DNA of 47,079 nucleotides, taken from Nevskiaceae bacterium (GTDB lineage: Bacteria; Pseudomonadota; Gammaproteobacteria; Nevskiales; Nevskiaceae). The position numbers and the translations under genes are program-made. The stretch lies in NCBI GenBank assembly GCA_050740195.1, contig JBOICR010000189.1, positions 1-47,079 of the forward strand. Reading direction: 5' to 3'. Within the stretch, counting starts at the first letter, position 1, and the number at the start of each line of letters is the position of its first letter. Shown piece after piece: positions 42,901 through 47,079 of the stretch. Below the pieces are notes generated by a model. The model saw only the letters and a list, made by a program, of their open reading frames with translations. It was not told the origin of the DNA and did not search any database.

Positions 42901-45900
42901 CGCGTCCATGCGCGCGGCAGCGGCTGATCACGGCCTGCATGTCGACGCGTGCCGCCCGGCGAATCGGTGCAGCTTCCGAAGGAGCGGCGAGCTCCACAAA
43001 GCCGTTCGCGTAGACGAGACGCTGTCCATTCTCCGGCCGGTAGACCTCGAAGCGCAGCCCGTCCGCCTCTGGAAGGAGGCCGATGTCGATGGTCTCCTCG
43101 GCCTCATTCACAACGATCGGCTTGAGCCAGGACACGTCGCGCAGCGCGGCGACGACATGGCTCGCGCTGGCGAGACGACAGGCCTGCAGCACCATCTCCA
43201 GGTAGGCCACGGCCGGCAAGACGCGATTGCCGCCGAGGCGGTGGTCGCGCAGGAAGAATTCCTCCGGGCGCAGTGTTTTCCGGAAGGTCTGCTCCTCCAG
43301 AGTCGAGACGTTGGCGTCAATCAGCGGATGCAGCGCAGCGACGGCTGCGGGTGCCGTGCCTTGGGGCTTGTCGACCCAGTAGCGCTGCCGCTCGAAGACG
43401 TAGCCCGGCAGCGACACACGTCGGCGTGCGCCCGCGGCGTGCAGCCGCTCCCACTCGACGCTGGCGCCCCGCACCCAGGCCGCGGCGATGCGCGCCAGGT
43501 CGCGGTGTTCGAGCCACGCGGCGAGCTGCGCTGCATCGGGCGTGGCCGCCGCGCGCTTGAAGTCGTCGCGATGGCCTGCGTGTGCGCCTGCCGGCACGGA
43601 ACCACCCTCGCCGTAGGCGCGCAGACCCGCGACCGCTTCCGCCGCGTTCGCCGCCACGATGGCAAACCGGAGCTCCAGCGGCACACGGCCGACCTGCAGC
43701 GTGTAGGCGACATCGTCCAAGGAGAGATGCGGATCGGCGGCCATGCGCGCGGCGAGCCGGCCGGCCGTCGCGCGCAGCGACGTCTCCTTGCGCGCCGACA
43801 GCACGAGCAGGACCGGACGCTGCATCGCGCCCGCAGCGGCGGACACGTGCGCATCGTCGACATATTCTTCCACGATCATGTGCGCATTGCTGCCGCCGGC
43901 GCCGAAGGAGCTGATGCCGGCCAGTCGCGGCAGCTCCACCACCGCGCCGCCCGCGTTTTGCGCCAGCCGCGGACGCGGCCATTCCGCGAGGGTGCGCTGC
44001 ACGAAGAACGGACTCTTGTCGAACTCGATTTGGGGATTGAGAGTGCTGGAGTGGATCGACGGCACCAGCGTCCGATGCCGCATCTGCAGCAGCACCTTGG
44101 TCAGGGCAGAGATGCCCGCCACCGCTTCCAGGTGGCCGATGTTCGATTTCACCGAGCCGATCGCGCAATACTGAATGCCCGCCTGGCCATAGGCCCTCGT
44201 CAGGCCGGCGATCTCGATCGGGTCTCCGAGGCTCGTGCCCGTGCCGTGGGCTTCCACGTAGCTGATGTGGCGCGGGTCGACACCTGCGGTCTGCAGCGCC
44301 TCCTGCACCAACGCGGCCTGGCGCTTGGGGTTCGGGACGGTGAAGCCGGAGGTCTTGCCGCCGTGGTTGACCGACGTGCCGCGGATGATCCCGTAGATGT
44401 GGTCGCCGTCGGCGCGCGCCCGCGCCAGGGACTTGAGCAACACCGCGCCCACGCCCTCACCGGGCACGTAGCCGTCGCCGCCCTCGCCAAAGCTGAGGCA
44501 GCGGCCGCTGGAGGACAGGAATCGCAGGTCGGACAACAGGTTGTACTTGTTCTGGTGCAGCGACAGGTTCACGCCGCCGGCGATCGCGGCACCGATCTCG
44601 CCGCTGCGGATCGCCGCGCAGGCGAGGTGGATCGCCGTCAGCGACGACGAGCAGGCCGTGTCGATCGTGATGCTCGGCCCGGAGAAATTGAAGTAGTGCG
44701 AAACGCGGTTCGCCACCGCCCAGTACCAGGAGCGCGGCGTGGTCCAGGTCTCCGCCGGTCCGTCGACGCCGTGAAGCTGGTAGTCGCCCCACATGAGGCC
44801 GACGTAGACACCGACCGGGCTGTCCTTCACGCCGTCGCTCGGCGCCAGCTTGTCTGGCGTGTAGCCCGCGTCCTCAATGGTGTGAGCGACCGTCTCGAGG
44901 AATAGTCGCTCGTTGGGATCCATGGCCTCCGCTTCTTTGGGCGAGATGTTGAAGAACAGTGGATCGAAGCGATCGACTCCGCGCAGGAACCCGCCCCACT
45001 TGCCGTAGCTCTTGCCCTGCGTCGGCCCGCCCGGCTTGAACATCGACGCGATGTCCCAGCGGTCGGTCGGGATTTCCACGACGCAGTCGCGGCCGAGCTT
45101 AAGGTTGTCCCAGAACTCCTCGAGGGTTTCGGCTTCCGGATAACGTCCGGCCAGGCCAACGATGGCGATGGCGTCGCGATCGCGTTCGACCTCGACGCTG
45201 CGTCGCGCTGGCGCTATTGCGCGCAGCGGGGCTGCGGGCATGGCTGCTTGCACGCCTGCCACGGGTTCGGTTACCCCACCGGCCGTCGCGCGCACGGACC
45301 GGGCGATGGCGCGACAGGCGTCCGCGCAACTCTCGACCAGGAAGGTCGCGAGCTCGCCCAGCGTCTGATGCTCGAAGAACAGCGTCTTCGGCAGGTTGCC
45401 GTAGGTCTTCTCCAGCCGGTTGACCAGGCCGATCGTCACGACCGAGTCTAAGCCGTATTCGCGCAGCGGCCGCTCCGGCTCGAAATTCGCCGGTATCTGC
45501 AGCTGCGCGGCGAAGGTTTCAGCCAGGTGGCGCGCGATGTGCGCGTGCAGCTCGACCGCCGTCGGCTCGCCGTCGCCGTCCTGCGGCGCGACGCTCGCTG
45601 CGTCCGCGGCGGCCGGCGTCGTGACGCCGAGCACCTCGTGGATGCGTGCGCTGTCGCCCTGCATGAGCACGAGCTGCGCCTGCGGCTGGCGCAAGCCATA
45701 TTCGAACGCGGCGAGGCCATCGGTGGTCTGCAGCGGTACGACGCCGAAGCTGCGGCGCAGGTTCTCCTCCTCCTTGCCCGTCAGCCGCATGCCGCCGTCC
45801 TTCCAGTACGGCCAATCGATGGATAGCGTCCTGCCGGGGCGCAGCCCCGCTGCGCCCATTGCCGCGCGGCAATGGGCGTAGTAGTCCTCGCAGGCGTTGC

Positions 45901-47079
45901 CGTAGGCGTAGTCGCACTGCCCGACGTTGCCGAGCACGCCGGTGACCGAGGAGAACAGCACGAAGAAGTCGAGCGGCTCGTCGCGCGTTTCGAGATCCAG
46001 GTTGCGGGTGCCGAGTGTCTTGGGCGCAACGACGCGCGCGAACGCGTCCGGATGCTTGCGCGGGATGAAGGCGTCCTCGATCACGCCAGCGGAATGGATC
46101 ACGCCGTGAAGGCGATGACCTGCCTCGCGCACGCTGCCCACGGCGCGGCGCACGTCGTCACGATCGGCCACGTCGCAGACGATGTAACAAGCGTTGCCGC
46201 CCAGCGCCGACAGCTCCTCCAGTCTGCGCGCCTGCTCGGCGCTCGGCGCGGAGCGTCCGGTCAGGTAGACGGTCGCCTGGTAGGTCGCGCAAAGATGGCG
46301 CGCGAAGATCTGCCCCAGCGCGCCCATGCCGCCGGTGATCAGGTAGATGCCGTGCCGGCGCAGCGCCGTGTCCGGTATCGCATCGCGCGTTGCGCCCGCC
46401 GTCGCATCCACCGGCGCGAAGCGGCGAACCGAGCGCACCGCGCCGGCGTAGCGAACGTCCGTTTCGCGGTCGGTAGCGCACAGCTCGTCCCGCAGTACGC
46501 GCGTCAGATCGGCCGCCTGCGGCCCTTCCGTTGCGCAGGCGACGACACGGCCGACGTAGCTCGGCTTCTCGATGCGCAGGGTCTTGTAGTAGCCGCTCAG
46601 GCCGAGGTGCTCGGGGTCCGGCTGCGCGCCCGCGACTAGGTGCACGAGCTTCAGTTGCTTCGCCCGGCGCATCAACGCCCGCGTCAGGGCGAACAGGCCG
46701 CGCGCCGCATCGAGCATGTCATCGCCGGCATCGTCCGCATCGGCGCTCGCGCGCGGCGCGATGAGCAGCACGTGCGTCGGCGTCGCCGCGAGCGCGGCGA
46801 TGGCCTGTTCGTGGTCTTCGAGACTTGTGGGACGTAGCGGCGCCGCGTCGTCGCCGTTCCAGCACAGGCGCGCGATGCGTGTCGCCGTGATATGCGCGGA
46901 TGCGCGCAGCTGCGGATCGAGCCAGTCCACATCGACAGGCCGGCCGACAAGGAGCAGCTCGTCGACGCGCATCTGCGGCGCCTGCTCCGGCGGCTGCGCC
47001 GTCCACACTGGCGCATACAGGCTGCCCGCCAGTTCCCGCGGCACGATGGCGCGGGGCGGAACCGATGTCTCGGCTATCG
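33971..47079 (-). CDS. trans-AT type I polyketide synthase, 5'-partial (..KR-ACP-KS-DH-ACP-ACP-ACP*-KS-DH-KR-ACP-KS-halfC)
   Basis: The frame is open to the window end (..IAETSVPPRAIVPRELAGS..), so the M at 47044 is not the start. There are three KS domains, each followed by only ~165-240 aa before the next domain and no GHSxG AT. That makes it trans-AT architecture. Confidence 0.95.
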   Translation of the reverse strand, partial: IAETSVPPRAIVPRELAGSLYAPVWTAQPPEQAPQMRVDELLLVGRPVDVDWLDPQLRASAHITATRIARLCWNGDDAAPLRPTSLEDHEQAIAALAATPTHVLLIAPRASADADDAGDDMLDAARGLFALTRALMRRAKQLKLVHLVAGAQPDPEHLGLSGYYKTLRIEKPSYVGRVVACATEGPQAADLTRVLRDELCATDRETDVRYAGAVRSVRRFAPVDATAGATRDAIPDTALRRHGIYLITGGMGALGQIFARHLCATYQATVYLTGRSAPSAEQARRLEELSALGGNACYIVCDVADRDDVRRAVGSVREAGHRLHGVIHSAGVIEDAFIPRKHPDAFARVVAPKTLGTRNLDLETRDEPLDFFVLFSSVTGVLGNVGQCDYAYGNACEDYYAHCRAAMGAAGLRPGRTLSIDWPYWKDGGMRLTGKEEENLRRSFGVVPLQTTDGLAAFEYGLRQPQAQLVLMQGDSARIHEVLGVTTPAAADAASVAPQDGDGEPTAVELHAHIARHLAETFAAQLQIPANFEPERPLREYGLDSVVTIGLVNRLEKTYGNLPKTLFFEHQTLGELATFLVESCADACRAIARSVRATAGGVTEPVAGVQAAMPAAPLRAIAPARRSVEVERDRDAIAIVGLAGRYPEAETLEEFWDNLKLGRDCVVEIPTDRWDIASMFKPGGPTQGKSYGKWGGFLRGVDRFDPLFFNISPKEAEAMDPNERLFLETVAHTIEDAGYTPDKLAPSDGVKDSPVGVYVGLMWGDYQLHGVDGPAETWTTPRSWYWAVANRVSHYFNFSGPSITIDTACSSSLTAIHLACAAIRSGEIGAAIAGGVNLSLHQNKYNLLSDLRFLSSSGRCLSFGEGGDGYVPGEGVGAVLLKSLARARADGDHIYGIIRGTSVNHGGKTSGFTVPNPKRQAALVQEALQTAGVDPRHISYVEAHGTGTSLGDPIEIAGLTRAYGQAGIQYCAIGSVKSNIGHLEAVAGISALTKVLLQMRHRTLVPSIHSSTLNPQIEFDKSPFFVQRTLAEWPRPRLAQNAGGAVVELPRLAGISSFGAGGSNAHMIVEEYVDDAHVSAAAGAMQRPVLLVLSARKETSLRATAGRLAARMAADPHLSLDDVAYTLQVGRVPLELRFAIVAANAAEAVAGLRAYGEGGSVPAGAHAGHRDDFKRAAATPDAAQLAAWLEHRDLARIAAAWVRGASVEWERLHAAGARRRVSLPGYVFERQRYWVDKPQGTAPAAVAALHPLIDANVSTLEEQTFRKTLRPEEFFLRDHRLGGNRVLPAVAYLEMVLQACRLASASHVVAALRDVSWLKPIVVNEAEETIDIGLLPEADGLRFEVYRPENGQRLVYANGFVELAAPSEAAPIRRAARVDMQAVISRCRAHGRVDVAAAFDRMGLNLGSSFQVIDALYYNSNEAYARLVASKPTDAVAGTWLLYPPLLDAAARTALGVGGLDLDTSLRVPVHMRRLELRQPVVGDCGVWAVASAGAAARADRWHYDVTLLNTDGDVLALIEGLAIQAAPQLALMRAPLLKAAAAKPSLPAVTAHADPGVRPATQSLHAAALTHLVELLSAVTKVPAVEIDARRTLENYGIDSVMIVTLTEQLQATYGEVPRTLFFEYQDLHCIADYLVENHAERIGTQLLPRSVQAPANAAPPSPAGVHAAVARHLTELLSGVTKLPPDQIDAKAPLENYGIDSVMILALNENLQATFGDVPKTLFYEHQDLHTLAEYFVENWPEQAQGLAHGLPAAAHVEAVASVDADGADFAARQATLLACLHEVLGDAAAGCTASTPLADWPLDPIANSRLVQRLQQEFADVASNAVYRHDSPAQWARALQWRASRPEAAAPPRAAEPAIGDRTMVSGNAPGVMRFAPSRSLAPGVDPDIAIVGLSGRYPGADNVEQFWAHLCAGKDCITEIPTSRWDWRPYFNPDRSVKGESYAKWGGFIDDVDRFDAGFFNISAREAELIDPQERLFLQTAWECLEDACYPRPALKGRSVGVFVGVMWGQYQLIEASDEQLQYGRPHATFSSIANRVSYFLNLSGPSLALDTMCSSSLTAIHLACQAIRNGDCEMAIAGGVNLIVHPNKYRLLAQGQFLSSDGRCRAFGAGGDGYVPGEGVGAVLLKPYRQAIADGDQIHGVIKPSAVNHGGKTNGYTVPNQTAQSNVIGTALRRAGWHPGSIDYIEAHGTGTSLGDPIEIAGLSKAFATVAAELGQRGDATRTSSCRIGSVKTNIGHLESAAGMAGLTKILLQLRHGRIVPSPHSATLNPNIDFAHTPFRVVQQLEDWNGAGRTLPRRAGISSFGAGGSNAHVLVEEHVQQAVDGGAGRPVVFVLSADSEERLMLYVDRVLAFLAERAAAGRPVDLRSLAWSSQVGREAMEERLAVVAASVADLVDALTKYRHGVNAANLQRGSVRRHGDKLDAIMDASEQDALVRSLLRGGRLQQLAKAWVLSLDVDWAAHAVQLYRDRRPLRMSFPTMPFLTQRYWVQEKAESATGATGAAALHPLLDANISTLSNQAYSKELRGDEFYLRDHVVEAGTKRIILPGAAYLEMARAAGELCMGPDWSVSRIRNLLWIQPVEIKDGPESVQVSLRQTSDQVEFGIVRGAHEVCVEGELGYVRRDEAVPDEWLDLTAVRTGSIQEDHHAIYSGYRQLGFHYGPSFLVTQTRYRMPGAALSRLVLPEALRPDAGRYGLHPSLLDGILRSCLAVGLDAMQAAAGPIVPFALGELEIRHPLPQECWAYATEAHDSARDASGLRKYNITVADATGRVLLKVKDFAGRVLTKSTDVPHDALQYYRYNWPETPLGQGRDRLAGATVLVLAADEKLTRRPVEDGVSDRVVFAHATASERDDGSYRVDPNDEASWRLLLARLDAEGARPTHIVLHADDAGDPSATSELAPNDTGVLSIRALFRALEQQQPGQAVRCAYVYAAGRDEHRPQHDAVAALARSFLTINHRFELFTLRYDTRDAAALAANVSAELAVAGNASGHEIAWWGGVRHQRCLCAVAPDATERPVPLRERGTYLITGGAGKLGLALAAHLGQRYRARLLLSGRSVQPDAAQRTAIDAMCAAGAEVHYCRADVAAAADVDALVAEARQRFGGLNGVIHCAGVAGDRLVTEVDAAEFAQLYATKAEGARLLDHATRDEPLDFFVHYSSVSAVLGDPGSGAYAAGNRFLDSHALWRETLRLQGRRSGKSLAIGWPLWASGGMEITGANASVFGYSGMTALTQTQGLAAFERALRGDLAQVLVATGDADKIARALRTRATAAPIAEPTVATSVQPSAPEPVQTGLPGRVEAFVKERLAKVVKTAATNIRAQQTFEQCGMDSVMLMELHASLAEDFVGLPKTALFEHDSPARLTQYLVRYHTDALEARLGPAPKPVAAAARVSPIAISSVVAPVAELPRSRKHDAARPRSDVAAETDAVAIVGMAGEFPLADDLAEFWDNVLAGRDCLVPIPEERWSVVAARSAQGRRDARRGRCDRGGFLRDALLFDPALFRMSQADAERMDPQLRVLLRSAWRALEDAAYTPDALAAQRVGVYVGAMNEDHTWIMSELYQRRGEYLGPGSVTSEFANRISFLLNFRGPSLMVGTACASSLTAVHLARKAILGGECDVALAGGVNLSLHPSKYLLLEDMKVLSPDGRERTFDEGTNGLVPSEGVGVVVLKRLQRALADGDQIHGVLRASCISHSGTGAGPYVPNLRVIEETAARGIRESGLRIEDLTYIESHGAGTELGDPIELKALANALRQSTTARQFCAIGTKANLGHMEAASGVCSLIKVLLGMRHGKLAPCAGLKSLNSSFDRESLPFHFPRQAQDWSANARGTRAAAINSFGMGGSNAFVVVESHAPGRPQPPARGEPAIVVLSARSTQALHMYLKSVCAQLGRDDAAATRFADLAYSSQVGRIAFEYRLAIVAADTGEFVEKAEKYLGRGDAGGVYAGHGRADESLSELLAGDAGERFVDALVQARHWDKLASLWVRGCAIDWQRIHAGAGRRRVSFPSAPFENVTCDIRLSVGGSMPPLATQASAAADTPASTDDSGIPSSVGDAPQAAPTWFQPGGDPAELDQSLHAELQRAGDTTADGDESARQYWLDHLHDIADSTFLLAPALLLGHAGSGDKLAEQHLYGVSATLDAELAESLQRCTQLHRIEVETLIVAAWAILVNRYTKARCAQFGILRAFAPLAGVAGEPTGSGAKRIRNLVPVRICTVGRERISGWLPALQLKLDRKRVYAHTPIQRIEGWIGVENLFDSVIVFERPAADPADSLRPERSLASETYASQTRVAMELIVTIHQDRVTLDLLYKAACAENDTMETVLDHFKVLLEGLAKNPERNPAALAMRTKSEGRERFWKTLDAVGEGR
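34025..34798 (-). other. PKS C-terminal condensation-like C-terminal lobe only (halfC)
   Basis: ARQYWLDHL, TLIVAAWAILVNRYTKARCAQFG, NLVPVRIC, VYAHTPIQRIEGW, LFDSVIVFERP, LIVTIHQDRVTLDLLYKAACAENDTMETVLDHFKVLLEGL resemble C4-C7. The ~80 aa upstream are a low-complexity linker, and there is no HHxxxDG anywhere after KS3. Confidence 0.65.
35516..36796 (-). other. PKS domain KS3 (divergent, catalytic Cys/His/His present, no ACP downstream in cis)
   Basis: VAIVGMAGEFP, VGTACASSLTAVHLA (checked in DNA at about 36270-36290), YIESHGAGTELGDPIE, TKANLGHME, NSFGMGGSNAF. Confidence 0.85.
36950..37192 (-). other. PKS domain ACP3
   Basis: TFEQCGMDSVMLMELHASLAEDF. Confidence 0.85.
37280..38647 (-). other. 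PKS domain KR2
   Basis: GTYLITGGAGKLGLALAAHL, HCAGV, FVHYSSVSAVLGDPGSGAYAAGN. Confidence 0.85.
38705..39553 (-). other. PKS domain DH2
   Basis: LHPLLDANIS, LRDHVVEAGTKRIILPGAAYLEM, GLHPSLLDGILRSCL. Confidence 0.8.
40109..41413 (-). other. PKS domain KS2
   Basis: IAIVGLSGRYP, LDTMCSSSLTAIHLA, YIEAHGTGTSLGDPIE, SVKTNIGHLE, SSFGAGGSNAH. Confidence 0.9.
41540..41767 (-). other. PKS ACP-like third repeat lacking the phosphopantetheine serine (ACP*)
   Basis: ARQATLLACLHEVLGDAA..TPLADWPLDPIANSRLVQRLQQEFADVASNAVYRHDSPAQWA aligns with the ACPs. It has LDPIA where GIDSVM is expected (Ser replaced by Pro). Confidence 0.6.
41849..42079 (-). other. PKS domain ACP2b
   Basis: PLENYGIDSVMILALNENLQATFGDVPKTLFYEHQDL. 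Confidence 0.9.
42155..42388 (-). other. PKS domain ACP2a
   Basis: TLENYGIDSVMIVTLTEQLQATYGEVPRTLFFEYQDL (Ser codon checked at about 42277-42279). Confidence 0.9.
42500..43333 (-). other. PKS domain DH1
   Basis: LHPLIDANVS, LRDHRLGGNRVLPAVAYLEM (HxxxGxxxxP), LYPPLLDAAARTAL. Confidence 0.8.
43865..45178 (-). other. PKS domain KS1
   Basis: IAIVGLAGRYP, IDTACSSSLTAIHLA, YVEAHGTGTSLGDPIE, SVKSNIGHLE, SSFGAGGSNAH. Confidence 0.9.
45335..45562 (-). other. PKS domain ACP1
   Basis: PLREYGLDSVVTIGLVNRLE. Confidence 0.85.
45635..47079 (-). other. PKS domain KR1 (structural + catalytic subdomains; N-side cut by window)
   Basis: GIYLITGGMGALGQIFARHL, HSAGV, FVLFSSVTGVLGNVGQCDYAYGNA. Confidence 0.85.

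Noticed and set aside
43865-45178. KS1 as a non-elongating KS0.
   Set aside because: The module context (KS-DH-ACP after KR-ACP) suggests it, but the catalytic Cys and both His motifs are intact, so the sequence alone does not support the call.
1-47079. CRISPR arrays, rRNA genes, intact tRNA genes, prophage modules and toxin-antitoxin or defence systems.
   Set aside because: I saw no regularly spaced short direct repeats, rRNA-like segments, complete cloverleafs or recognisable defence-gene motifs on either strand. The non-cluster part of the window (1439-4640) is too short and too decayed.

Overview
High-GC window. Hand counts give 47/60 G+C for 13321-13380, 27/60 for 1861-1920 and 30/60 for 3901-3960.

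Layout:
(i) 1-1438, minus strand: 5' half of the core gene glnE, running off the window.
(ii) 1481-4830: an AT-richer decay zone. It holds a truncated tRNA-Cys 3' half (att-like), transposase, reverse-transcriptase and IS21 relics, and a decayed VOC(PhnB)-like gene. It also holds one secreted Cys-rich repeat protein and an Sfp-type phosphopantetheinyl transferase, both on the plus strand.
(iii) 4640-47079: ten co-directional minus-strand genes with overlapping or <=50-nt junctions. This is one >42-kb operon-like biosynthetic gene cluster whose 5' end lies beyond the window.

Gene order in the cluster:
- trans-AT PKS, 5'-partial (..KR-ACP-KS-DH-ACP-ACP-ACP*-KS-DH-KR-ACP-KS-halfC)
- extended SDR
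- alpha-oxoamine synthase
- free ACP
- tandem AT-AT
- four-module NRPS (halfC-A-T-E-C-A-T-E-C-A-T-C-A-T-Cterm) that continues in frame into an ABC-transporter ATPase domain
- ABC-2 permease
- diaminobutyrate aminotransferase::JmjC fusion
- RND adaptor
- RND pump

Most unusual points:
- the NRPS::ABC-ATPase fusion;
- no thioesterase anywhere, with a terminal condensation-like domain instead;
- two half condensation domains lacking the catalytic lobe at the PKS/NRPS junction;
- a last KS with no ACP in cis, next to an SDR/AOS/ACP cassette (sphingoid-type off-loading chemistry);
- the aminotransferase::JmjC fusion.

Limits: all calls come from reading the translations. Domain borders are by eye (about +/-30 aa). 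No database search, HMM or specificity predictor was run. The many long ORFs opposite the megasynthases are GC-driven antisense artefacts.
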